From: Octopus vulgaris
Taxonomy: Eukaryota
DNA: 64,000 nucleotides
Reading direction: 5' to 3'
Assembly: GCA_951406725.2 (NCBI GenBank)
Contig: OX597831.1
Coordinates: 12,710,001 to 12,774,000 of the forward strand
The notes under the pieces were generated by a model that worked only from the letters and a program-made list of their open reading frames with translations, was not told where the DNA came from and did not search any database. Positions 51,352 through 63,880 of this stretch are shown here, in pieces. The position numbers and the translations under genes were made by a program. How positions within the stretch are numbered: the stretch's first letter is position 1; each line of letters opens with the position of its first letter.

Positions 51352-51441
51352 GCACACACATACGCACGCACACACATACGCACGCACACACATACGCACG
51401 CACACACATACGCACGCACACACATACGCATGCACACACAT
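51352..51441. repeat. 16-bp minisatellite (CACACACATACGCACG)n
   Basis: About 5 tandem copies. Confidence 0.9.
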
Positions 51442-52312
51442 GTAGAATGGGAAGAGAGAAAGAGAAGAGATTTGTTTAAAATTTAATTCTTATTCAGTTA
51501 TAATTATTTTGTTATAATTATTTAAATAGTTTAAGCCTATGATTCCAGAAAAACAAAAATCAACCAGTAATTTTCACAAAATAATTATCTCATTAATACA
51601 ATTTCACAATGCATAATTACAAGAGAGGGCGAGAGACAAAGCGAGAGGGAGAAAAAGAGAGACAAGGGGGAGGAAGGGAAGGAGAGGTGATTGGTGTCAG
51701 TAATAGAATAATAGAATTAGAAGTAACAAGATAGAGAAAACTGAAGAAGCAAGTAAAATTATTCAGTATCGTGTTGCCAAATTCTTCAATCCAGTTTCAC
51801 AGCAAAAAAAAAAAGATAAAATGGTAAAATCTGTATATAATTACATTTCTATACTATATAGTTGGTTTTCTGCTTTTTTTTAAAATCAGACATTAATTAA
51901 TTGCACAAAACAAATTTAGAAAGCGATATATATGAAAACAGAAATTGTGTGCTTCAAATTTACATATAAGCAAAAATAAAAAAAATTTAATTGTCTTCTT
52001 GTGAAAATAGAACTTTTGCCCTACGTATATAATAAAAAAATTAAATATATTTTCTGTGGATAAAGAAACTCTTTTTGTCTATTTTTATTTAATGAAATTT
52101 TTCTCTATGAATTTTGAAAAAATATTTTACAAAAAAAAACCATAAAAATAATAGGACTTTCTTTTTTCTGTAAAGCCATTTTTAAAAAAATAAAAATGTT
52201 TCTTTCATCTCTGATTTTTCACTGTAAAAATATTCTCACCACAATTTCTACTTGAAAGTAATTTATGCACATAAAAACATTTAGTGCAATTTCAACTCAT
52301 TGCTAATATTTT

Positions 52313-52357
<45 letters not shown>

Positions 52358-52362
<5 letters not shown>

Positions 52363-52671
52363 CTTCAGGAACAGTTGCTGCAACACCCTGGGTTTCAAGG
52401 GCCCACAGCCTTTTAATATTCGCCCAAAGAGTCTGAGGAACTTGCACAAAGTAGATGTAGGGGTTTTTAAATCAAAGCTGGACCTCTTCCTGTCGAGAGT
52501 ACCAGGTGAGCCTACCTCACGGCAAGAGGTGCAAATGAGGGTAGCTATATCAAACTCCATTCTTTATCAAGTGCCACATATTAGAGGAGGTTCCTAATAA
52601 TAAAAATGTAGCGCAAAATGGCGGTGCATCAGCATGGCCACGGTTCTGAGCTGAAACTTTAAAAAAAAAAA
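52358..52671 (+). mobile_element. 3' end of a CR1/L2-group LINE
   Basis: Translates SRFRNSCCNTLGFKGPQPFNIRPKSLRNLHKVDVGVFKSKLDLFLSRVPGEP (GP.LFN.LP...FK..LD.FL..VP.EP); 3'UTR GGCGGTGCATCAGCATGGCCACGGTTCTGAGCTGAAAC then poly(A). Confidence 0.85.
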
Positions 52672-53424
52672 TATATATATATAGGTGCAGGAGTGGATGT
52701 GGGGTAAGTAGCTTGCTAACCAACCACATGGTTCTGGGTTCAGTCCTACTGCGTGGCACCTTGGGCAAGTGTTTTCTACTATAACCTCGGGCCAAGCAAA
52801 GCCTTTTGAGTGGATTTGGTAGACGGAAACTGAAACTGGGACGGAGAGTCATTGACGAAGTCACAGGATGTGTGATGAAAGATTTCCATACAAAGGACAT
52901 TAAAATAAGAACAATAATAGTAAAGGTGTAGTGAAGAACGAAGCCTCAGGTGGTCAGCTCCAGTCAAACCATCCAACCCATGCCAGCATGGAAAACACAT
53001 GTTAAATGTGGATGATGATGTATATACAAGGTGAACTGCAGAATCATTGGCACACTGGGCAAAATGCTTTGTAGTGTTTTGTCCATCTTCAGATTCTGTG
53101 TTCAAATTCTGCTGAGGTCGATTTTGCTTTTAATTCTTTCAGTGGGTTTGATAAAATCATCATTACCCAATTCTGAGCAAAGTGAACATATTTTCCTCAA
53201 GTGAGCCAGAGCTTGTTGTTCAAGGACCAGTTCACACTCTATTTAAGGGCTTGCTGCTCTCCCTCATGATCTTCAGACATGAAGGACTGCCATCATCATC
53301 ATGTGTCTGTATGTGTGTGTGTGTGTGTGTGTGTATGTGTGTGTGTGTACACTTAGTAATACACTGAATATACAAGACGTTACTATAGGAATTAAGGCAC
53401 AATTTTCATCTATATCAAACTCAC

Positions 53425-53469
53425 TTTCCCCACATAATGGAGTCTGTGAAGTGTCAATACGACCTTGGG
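53425..53469 (-). CDS. Weak candidate 45-nt internal exon (PKVVLTLHRLHYVGK in frame 0)
   Basis: cattgtag acceptor and AAA|gtgagt donor in non-repeat sequence, length divisible by 3; no other support. Confidence 0.2.
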
Positions 53470-54093
53470 CTACAATGTTGTAACAAGAGCCACAAATAGT
53501 TGAAATGAGCAAAAAATACACAAAACAAGTAATTGGTATTTCAGATATTTCATTATGAATGCTTCACTAATCAATAAAACCAATTACATTTATATAAAAT
53601 GTAACCACATGTGAATACAACCACATGTGAATCGGCAAATTTTTCTCCGTCTTCCTTTTCGCTTGGACTTTCCTCTGTCTCCTCTTTCTGAAGAAGAGTT
53701 TTGCAAGGAACGTTAAACCACCTTTCTTTCGTTCCCTAGCGTCAGCTAATACTTCGCATGTACCATGTCCTTGCGAGGTTGTTTTTTGTTGTGTTTGTTC
53801 TTCGTCTTTTGGGATTTACCATTAATAAATCAGAGAAAAACCAAAGATGTTAGTTTCACATTTGACATGTCACTGATGCACTGGATATAACCGAGAAACT
53901 TGGATGGTGACATCCGTTTCAGAGGATTTACATCCTTGATTTAGTTATATATATATATATATATATATATGTATTTATATATATATATACATTATATGTA
54001 TATATATATATTCACATTATATATATACATATATATATATATACATACATATATATACATGAATATATATATATATACATCCATATATATACA

Positions 54094-54130
<37 letters not shown>

Positions 54131-54315
54131 ATATATATATATTACAGATAAAACTACTATTATGCAACTCAAATGAGTGATAGTCATAAACCAATATATA
54201 TACATATAATTTTTTTAAATATATAACTTATAACTAGATCTCAAAAAGTATAAAATGAATGATAAATATATAATATGTAAAAACACTACATACGTTTCAT
54301 GGCTACAATTAAATT

Positions 54316-54879
54316 CAGTGAATACAGATGGCTCGTACTCGTCAGCCGAAAAAATATCAGAGAATTCAAAAAAATATCAGAGAATACACAAATTTTGTAA
54401 GTTCAAGACTTTTTCATCAGATCTCCAAAAAAATCGAACTTATCTGCTGTATGTCGTGGTATAAATTTGAGAGGAAAAGAAGTTGTTATGCTATTGTTCA
54501 GAAACTTGTTTTTGTATGTCAGCGCAAATACTGTGCAGTATTTAAGTCCAAAAAACGGAAGATAACCCATTAAGGGACATAACTCAGGTGAATTTAAACC
54601 AATCAATAAAAAAAAAGGTTCAAATGAGCAGCAGATTAAATGTAATTAACTAAGAAAAAAGACCAAAAGTAATAGAAATAATAACACTTTATGTTGAACC
54701 ACGATGTGGTTGGAGTTGTTGAATGAGTGAAATCAGTTTAAAAGACTAAAAGAATGCTGTTCGTTAACAAGTGAAGGTTAATAAATGCCACTGCTGTGTT
54801 AAATAGACTACCCCTTTTGATGTTTGGGAATTCTCTGATATTTTTTCGGCTGACGAGTACGAGCCATCTGTATTCACTG
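54316..54879. mobile_element. Young non-autonomous DNA transposon with perfect 52-bp TIRs
   Basis: CAGTGAATACAGATGGCTCGTACTCGTCAGCCGAAAAAATATCAGAGAATTC (54316-54367) is the exact reverse complement of 54828-54879. Confidence 0.9.
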
Positions 54880-55123
54880 CATTTGCTCAGTGACTCTCAA
54901 CAAGATGCCAGATTCTGTTTAGTTGTTGCTTTTTTTTTGTATTTTTTTTGTGTGGTGTATAATATGTATATGTGTATATATTATTTTATATACCTCTCGT
55001 TACGATGCGCAGTAAATTTATCAATACACTTGCATGAAGTATTTATGATACAAAAAGTCTTATATCTCTGGAGATATGTATGAAAAGTAGGGAGAGTTGA
55101 AAGAGAAGGGAGATAGAAAGAAA

Positions 55124-55179
55124 AACAAATAAGAAATATATATAAATAAATATATTATATATATATATACATATCTTAC

Positions 55180-55215
<36 letters not shown>

Positions 55216-55291
55216 GTATATATGTATATATATATATATATGTATGTATATACATATATATATACATATATAAACACACACATATATACAT

Positions 55292-55369
<78 letters not shown>

Positions 55370-56001
55370 AACTGCAATTTCAAGACATTCTCAGGAGGCA
55401 TTCAGGAAATATAAAAATGTAAATTAAAAAACATATTTGTGAATGTTAAACCAGTTATTGTAATGTTTAATGTTTTTTTTTTCCTTTTTTTTTTCTCTGT
55501 AGAAAAAGAAATTTGATTTAGACAAAAAGATGATACATTTTGATATGAAAAAAAAAACATTGAAGAAATTCAAAGACAAGAACAAATGTTTTTGCGACTA
55601 CATTTGATGGCATAGATGACACGCTGGCATAATAGGCACACCTCAGTTTCCATAGTTAATATTTAGGAAAAGAAGTTTTAAGTGCTTTAACCCTTTGCCA
55701 GGCCTATGTATCACATATTTCCCTAGAGTCCTTGCATTGTATATGATACACACTCCCAGTTTTCTTTCAACCTTAGAGTAACTTGGGTGCAATGAAAGGG
55801 AAGCTTTATATTACACAGAATGTAGGAAGTAAAGCAACAAATAAGAAATATATATAAATAAATATATTATATATATATATATACATATCTTACATATATA
55901 TATATATATATATATTTATGTATGTATGTATATATGTATATATATATATATATGTATGTATATATATATATATACATATATAAACACACACATATATACA
56001 T

Positions 56002-56085
<84 letters not shown>

Positions 56086-56551
56086 AACTGCAATTTCAAG
56101 ACATTCTCAGGAGGCATTCAGGAAATATAAAAATGTAAATTAAAAAACATATTTGTGAATGTTAAACCAGTTATTGTAATGTTTAATGTTTTTTTTTTCC
56201 TTTTTTTTTTCTCTGTAGAAAAAGAAATTTGATTTAGACAAAAAGATGATACATTTTGATATGAAAAAAAAACATTGAAGAAATTCAAAGACAAGAACAA
56301 ATGTTTTTGCGACTACATTTGATGGCATAGATGACACGCTGGCATAATAGGCACACCTCAGTTTCCATAGTTAATATTTAGGAAAAGAAGTTTTAAGTGC
56401 TTTAACCCTTTGCCAGGCCTATGTATCACATATTTCCCTAGAGTCCTTGCACTGTATATGATACACACTCCCAGTTTTCTTTCAACCTTAGAGTAACTTG
56501 GGTGCAATGAAAGGGAAGCTTTATATTTCACAGAATGTAGGAAGTAAGAGC
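55124..56551. repeat. Near-identical tandem duplication, unit ~712-716 bp (55124-55835, 55836-56551)
   Basis: Both units start AACAAATAAGAAATATATATAAATAAA and share the same unique sequence; differences are microsatellite/homopolymer lengths and a few substitutions. Confidence 0.95.
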
Positions 56552-56623
56552 AAACTAAAGTCTGCAAACAAGTATGGATGTTTAGGACAAACTTATTGAA
56601 AAAGGTTGGGACAGATAAAAGGG
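56406..56623. mobile_element. piggyBac-type MITE
   Basis: TTAA|CCCTTT ... AAAGGG|TTAA; a truncated copy lies in the first duplication unit from ~55691. Confidence 0.65.
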
Positions 56624-58174
56624 TTAAAGCATGGAAGATAGACCGAACTTTGCATACAGGACCCAAAGAGATATTTTTGAGACCCCTCTTTCTATTTTTT
56701 GGTAAAAACAAAAGTATGTCTTATATACCATCAGACACAGTATTTTTCAGAAAATGCAAAAGATTAACCGATTCTTATATGTCCATTAAAACTCAATGAT
56801 GGTAATAATTTGTAAGTAATGTTTAAATAATGAAAATAAATGTAAAATATTAACGAATATATCAATAAAAAAGAAAATATATATGACCATAATTGAATTT
56901 TAGAGAAATATTTTCAATTATATTTTATATTTTGTTATGACAGAAATAAAATTTATTGTGACAATGACAATAGAATTTTCTTTCCTTCATTTTCAAAGAA
57001 TGAATAACCTAAAAGCAATATAGAGTTCTTATAGCAAGAAATTATAATTGAAATCATTGAATAAATATGAATGGCTAAAGTTATAAAAGCCAAATATATT
57101 TTTACAAAATTTGAAATTGAGAAGTTAATAGCATATAATACTGATAAAACAATGAAAGGAATTGGTTACAAAATAATAAAATAATTAATAAAAAAAATAA
57201 TAATGAAATACATAATGGAAATTCTTATAGAAAGAACAGAAATAGATTCAAACTGAAGAGACATTATCAGAGATAGAGATTTTTGGGTGTTTTTTTGCGA
57301 ATACATTTCAAATTTAATTCTGATTTCTGTGATTTGTTTAAAATAATTTCAAACTTCTAAAATACCAGCCTTTAACCAGACTCATGGCAGTAGCAAGCAA
57401 ATTGAATTTCTATCCTTCCATCAATCCATCCATTTCCACAGCCCATTGTTGTTGGCTGGGTTGAATGGAGCGGGTAGAACCCTCAGGCAGCTCTTCCATA
57501 GGGTCCAGTTAGAAGCAACCATCACTACACTTTCCTATAAGGCTGTGTGGAAACCCATCATACTCACATACACACACACACATCCATGTATCCATCCTCA
57601 CCTACAATTCCTGGTAGGGTTGGGGGAGGGGTAGAATCCTATGAGAAGCACTCGTCATTACACTTTTCCACTGGACCCCAAGCATGACCAGCTGAAACTA
57701 TGGATATTTTTCAACAATATCATTCATTCTTGCTCTGTCCCTAGGCCCCCTGCCAGTCAGCACAGCTTAAGGAATTTGTTTTGTGATCCTTTCAAAGTGA
57801 TATTTTTTTCTCTGTTCAAATATGATTCACAATCATAATTCGCTAACAGAAAATTTAGAACAACAAATTTCTCTAAAAAAAATTGCAACGGAAATTTCTT
57901 TTACCTATGTCAGAAAATTTATAGCAAATTTCCAGGAATTGAATAAGAGTTAGATTAAGCAATTCCTGAAATTGATGAGAAATAAATTCAAAGTGCTGCT
58001 GTTGTCATTTTAACGTCCACTTTTTCAATACTAGCATGGGTTAGATGAAACGTACTGAAGCAAATTTTCTACAAGATGCTCCTTCTGTTCCTAACCCTTA
58101 TTACCAAATAAGGTACTTATTTTCCCTGGTCTTTTCAAAGAAATCACTGAACAGTTAAATATTTTAAAATAAAC

Positions 58175-58329
58175 CAGTGGTTCCCAACCTGTAGTCCATG
58201 AACCCCTGGTGGCCTGCATAAGGATAAGCATATATATATACATAAGGATAAGCATATTAAAAGGGCTCCATGGGAAAACTCATTTAAAATTAAAGGAGTC
58301 CTTAGTAGTGAACAGTTTGGGAATCACTG
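58175..58329. mobile_element. hAT/Charlie-type MITE
   Basis: CAGTGGTTCCCAA / TTGGGAATCACTG; flanks AAATAAAC / GAACAAAC (6/8). Confidence 0.75.
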
Positions 58330-58597
58330 GAACAAACAATGGCACCACTTCATATGATGGTATGATTTTACACGAAGTGTTAACAATATTAGTTGTGAAG
58401 ACACACACACACACACAGATGTTCTATTGGCAGGGTGCTCTTCCTGTTGCTAACCCTCACCTGTTTTCATGTAAGGTAATATTTGCTTATGGTCTGATAT
58501 TCTTCTCATGAAAGACTGGAAACGAATGAAGTCCATTTATAACCATCACAGCAATATCAAGACAAAGAGACACACAGACACACACACACACATTTAT

Positions 58598-58812
58598 ACT
58601 TTTCTACTCTAGGTACAAGGCCTGAAATTTTGGGGGAGGGGGCCAGTCGATTAGATCGACCTCAGTATGCAACTGCTACTTAATTTATTCACCCTGAAAG
58701 GATGAAAGGCAAAGTCAACCTTGGCGAAATTTGAACTCAGAACATAAAAACAGACAAAATACCGCTAAGCATTTCGCCCAGTATGCTAACGTTTCTGCCA
58801 GCTCACCGCCTT
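58598..58812 (-). mobile_element. Family B SINE (GGCCTTGT.CCT...GTAGAAAG tail variant)
   Basis: Same head and centre as 13291, different tail; inserted in (CA)n. Confidence 0.85.
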
Positions 58813-59269
58813 CACACACACACAAATGAACAACATGCTTCTCTACAGTCTTCATCAACCAGATTCATTCACAGAATGACTGGTCATCAGCCTGATGATG
58901 CTATAGGAGAAGAAACTCATCCATGGTACCATAACTGAAACCATTTGGCTGTGAAGTAAACTTCTTTGTTACACACCCAAATATATATGCAGCCAAGACG
59001 AAGTAAATTCATTACAAAAATGACAACTGCTCCACTGACTTTTCCTCTCAGATTACACAAAAACGAGGTTTAAACAAGTCGACAAGGAAACCTAAAAGTT
59101 ACAGTGACAAGGGATTGTCTGTGTAACATGGGCAAACAAACATGACAAAGGATTTTCATACAAAAGCACCAATTTATTTGTTTTCTAACCTGTTTATGCT
59201 TTTCACAGTAAAATATACACACGTGCTCACAATGTGTGTGTGTGTGCGTATACACACACGTGTGCTACA

Positions 59270-59658
59270 TCTTTATATATAAAAGTAAGGTTGTGTGTCT
59301 GTCTCCTACGATTTAGATTCCTAACTACTCCCACATTTTGCGGTGCAGTTTAACCAAAACCAGGTATCTTATAGTCGGGATTCATATCGAGCCCTTCTGG
59401 GTATTAGCGGGCGTCTACGATGAGTCTACGATTTAAAAAAAAATTTACCATCATTTTTTTCCATTTTAATGCATTTTTTCGCTATTATATAAGGGAAGTA
59501 ACTCTCTAAAAATGTCTACAAAGAGTCAACGATTTAAAAAAAATTTACCATAATTTTTTTTCCATTTTTAATGCATTTTTTTGCTATTTTTTGGCTATAA
59601 AAATGCTTATATAGTTATTTCCCTTACAAACCCGAGCAACGCCGGGCGATACTGCTAG
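59270..59658 (+). mobile_element. Non-autonomous Helitron
   Basis: A|TC 5' end, subterminal GC hairpin CCCGAGCAACGCCGGG, 3' CTAG|T, no TSD. Confidence 0.85.
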
Positions 59659-62526
59659 TGGGTTAATAACACAAAAAGTGCAAGCTAAAAGCTGCATCAA
59701 ATTGCTGGATTATCCATAGATTATATTGCAACTGTTGCTTCCTCCAATGGTTTGACGGATGACAAAGCTAACTGTTGAAACGTAATCAATCATTGGTTAA
59801 TACAGTATTTCAAAAAATTAGCATATGTGTGTGTGTGTGTGTATAAATATATGTATGAACACTGTTTGTGTGCGTACATGTATGTGAGTGTCTGTGGAGG
59901 ACGGGAGTGAGCGAAAGCAATAAAAAAAAGATAGATATTTAAGAGGCTTCTGCGCAGTTTCTGTCTATCAAATTTGGCTCAGGACATTGGTAAAACGAAA
60001 GGTAGGTTAGAAGACGTTTAAGCAAAGTCCTGTGCAGTAGAATTGAACCCAGAACTATGTGATTGTATAGAAAACTTCCTAGACACACTGCTTCAAGTGC
60101 ATCCATTTACAAGAATCAGTTGTAACATAAATCCAGGAAAGGATAATGAAATTTTTATATGAATTAAAAATAAAATTATTTGAACAAAAAGGAGACGAAA
60201 AGGTAAAAAACTGAACTGCATTGGTAGGCTTCAGTCATAAATACTCATTAATTAATCTTAATTGATTGACAATATTCTTGAACAATATAAGAAAAACCGG
60301 TAAGATGCACAAGCTATGATGTATTATATAATTGGACTGATTTGAAAGACTGCAGTCTTCTTGTAGTGAACCTTCGGTGATGGAACCTAAATTTTTCCAA
60401 GTGGTAACAACAGCAGAAATTGAACTCAGCACAGCAAGCTAATGAAACACTAGGTAATATTATAGTGCAGCCACTGCTTACAATGGTGAATTGTTTCTAC
60501 TCAGCATTTCTCATTTATAACTAAGAAGCTTACTACATTATCTACTTAAAATAAGCAAACGGCCCCTCACTCACTCACTCCTGTACATCTACCCCTCATC
60601 TGTGAGCCATAGACATACTGTCCCCAATTTTGCCTTTAGATTATTTGACGTTGAGGAATTAAGAACCAGCTGAGAAGTGGGATCGATGTAATCAACTTTC
60701 TCTCTTCCCTGAAATTGCTGGCCTTGTGCCATAATTCGAAACCATTATTGTTGTTGTTGTTGTTGCTGTTGTCATAAGGGAGTGAGCCAGCAGAACTGTT
60801 TGCACATCTGGTGAAATGCTTGGCAACATTTCTTCCAGTTCTTTAAGATCTAAATCCAATTTCCATTGAAGTCAATTATAAATTTTGTCCTTTCAGGGTT
60901 GATGAAATAAAGTACTAAGTGCAGAACTTGGGGCCCAATGTGACCCACTAGCCCCACTAACACCTCCTGCAAAAATGTTGGCCTTGTACTAAAATCTAAA
61001 CCAATTATTATTATTATTATTATTATTATTGATGAATGGAGCAATATGACTAAAAAGAAGTGATTAATGAACACAAAAGAGAATGACTAAGAAAGACTGA
61101 CTGATATTGAAATAAACCAGGAAGGCTTACTATTGAGAGAGTCAGGTCAGAGAGGACCATACTGCTACACCCACACCCATATAGATAAAATACATAGTGA
61201 CATTGGCACACACACATACACACATTCATATAGATAACTACAAATACACAGTGGTATACTCATGCATGCACAGAGTATTCAAGTGACTAATACTTTTGTT
61301 GGGTGTGAGGGAAGAAAGCCACTGACAATGAAATAGGTTACTGCTGTTGTTTAGTTTCAGTTCAGCTATATCCAGCGGATCTATGTTTAAATGCATTCTA
61401 GCCATGACCAGCTCAACTTTTTAGTATGTGCATGGAATTCAGAACTAATTTACTAAAGGGCTCCATTTTAAGTTGGCAAATTGTGATTTGTGAGAGAGAT
61501 ATTATCTGGCTGCTATTTCTTATAGATTAAGCAACCACTAAGGGCACTGTTGCCAAGGTGAACATAGCTATTACTGAGAAGTATTTAAGTATTTTAAGAA
61601 TGTGTGTGTATATACACGTGGCCGTGTGGTAAGAAGTTTGCTTCTCAGTTACCTGCTTCTGGGTGCAGTCTCACATTGTAGCAACTTGGGTGTCTTCTCC
61701 TATAGCCCCAAGTCAATCAAAACCTTGTGACCTTGTGAGTGGATAGGGTAGAAGTGAAATGAAAAGCACTTGTCATATATAAATATATATATCTATATTT
61801 ATTTATTCACCATGTTGGACCGCTGAACTTTACATGTTTTTTTTCATTCTTTATTTATTTCCTCTTATACCTTTATGTCGAAGAGCACAGGCTCGAAATG
61901 TAAAAGACTTTTCCATTCTTCCCCAGCATCAAACTAATACACTTGTTTGTTGTTCCTGTCTTTGTCTTTTGTTTTTCTATAAATTTAAACTAGATATATA
62001 TATTCACACCCACACACACTGTGAGTTTGATACCTGATGGTACACTGTGTCCTTGAACAAGGCCCTTTAAATCATGTCGATCCAATCAACTCAGCTGGCA
62101 AAAAATGAATTGTACTTGTATTCCAAAGGGCATTGTGTTTCACACTGAATCTTCATGAGAACTATGTTAAGGGTATGCATGTCTGTGGAGTACTCAGCCA
62201 CTTGTATGTACGTTAATTTCACAAGCAGGTTGTTATATTGATTGAATCAACAGGAACCCTCACTGCCACAACCAAAGGAGTTTCAGTACATGTTGACGTA
62301 ATATCCAACTCTAGGCACTCTGAGTTCAAATCCTGCTGATGTCATTGGTTTTGTTGAGGGATTTACGTATCGTTCATAGTTGAACAAATTGACCCCAGTC
62401 CTTATTCTATTAATCCTTTTTGCTGAAACACTAAGTTACAAGAACATAAACAAACCAACAGTGGATGTCAAGCAATGGAGGGACAAACACAAATGCAAAG
62501 ATACACACAATCACACACATCATCTT

Positions 62527-62579
<53 letters not shown>

Positions 62580-62582
<3 letters not shown>

Positions 62583-63082
62583 GGTGGCAAGCTGGCAGAA
62601 TCATTAGCGTACTGGACGAAATGCTTAGCAGAATTTCATCCACTGCTACATCTCAAGTTCAAATTCTGCCAAAGCTGACTTTGCTTTTCATCCTTTCAGA
62701 GTCAATAATTAAGTACCAGTGAAATACTGGGGTCGATGTAATCGACTAAACGCCTCCCTGAAAATTTCAGGTCTTGTACCTTTAGTAGAAAGGATCATTA
62801 TAATAATAATAATAATAATTATTATTATTATTATTATTATTATTGTTATTATTATTATTATTATTAAGGCAGCAAGCTGGCAGAATTGTAAGCATGCCAG
62901 GTGAAATGCTTAGTGGCATTTCGCCTGTTACTGTGTTCTGCGTTCAAATTCTGCTGAGGTTGACTTTGCCTTTCATCCTTTCAGGGGTCGATAAATTAAG
63001 TACCAGTTGTGTACTGGGGTTGATCTAATTGAGTGCACTCTCCCTCAAAATTCCAGGCCTTGTGCCTAGAGTAGCAAAGAAT
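62580..63082 (+). mobile_element. Two tandem family B SINEs separated by (AAT/ATT)n
   Basis: Heads AAGGTGGCAAGCTGGCAGAA (62581) and AAGGCAGCAAGCTGGCAGAA (~62866), each with centre and tail. Confidence 0.85.
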
Positions 63083-63269
63083 ATGTTGTTTTATACTTTA
63101 CATGTTTCAGTTATTTATTTTTCATTTTTTTAAAGCCTAGTATTTATTTTACCAGTCTCTTTTGCCAAACCACTAAGTTACAAGGGATGTAAACATACCA
63201 ACACCAGCTGTCAAGCAGTGTCGGGAGACAAACACATATATATATATACACATCGATTGTATATATATA

Positions 63270-63654
63270 CTAGCAGTATCGCCCGGCATTGCTCGGGTTT
63301 GTAAGAGAAATAACTATAAAGCATTTTTAGAGAGTTATAGCCAAAAAATAGCAAAAAAATGGAAAAAAATGATGGTAAATTTTTTTTTGAGAGTTAAAAA
63401 GGTCGAGTTGCGTCCCCTAGACAGTCTGTGGTTTGTGTTTCTGATTGTCGACCCCATGTCGAATTTATCGATTTTTTTCAGAACTGGGGGAACTTTTCAA
63501 AATTTTCGCTGCGTTAGTTTTGAATTATGACATTGGGCTATGTGTGTGTCAAGTTTCATCTAGAATCGGTTGAAAGCCGTGGTCAGGGTGAGGGTACAAC
63601 CTGACAGACACACAGACACACAGACAGACAAACTGCCGTTTATATAGAGAGAGA
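63270..63654 (-). mobile_element. Non-autonomous Helitron
   Basis: Minus strand A|TC start, same CCCGAGCAAYGCCGGGCGATACTGCTAG|T 3' end as 59270-59658. Confidence 0.85.
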
Positions 63655-63709
63655 TATAAAAATGTATGTTTGATTAATGAGAGAGACAGATGATGGAAGA
63701 TATGTGAAT

Positions 63710-63880
63710 GTTTATTGATCACTACAGTTGTTTCGACCCATCTAGCATCGATCCCTCATGGGTAGGATACTGAACAACTGGTTTAGGAGTATCCATCAGG
63801 GTAAATGTTTCTCTTCTGGTGATTACAAGATGTATCTCATTAAAATAACGTCTGTTCAACGAGTTTTCTTCTCGGTACGT
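63710..63880 (-). mobile_element. Probable Penelope-like element 3' fragment
   Basis: ENSLNRRYFNEIHLVITRRETFTL resembles the LN.R.E end of PLE ORFs; followed by a degenerate hammerhead-like GGGTCGAAACAACTGTAG and AATAAA. Confidence 0.4.

Noticed and set aside
55503-55615. Selenoprotein reading of two in-frame TGA codons
   Set aside because: No SECIS-like structure seen and no Cys/Sec redox motif; chance or CpG decay is simpler.
60235-60440. Minus-strand ORF LAVLSSISAVVTTWKNLG...
   Set aside because: Weak acceptor, no recognised motif, and no connection to other exons.
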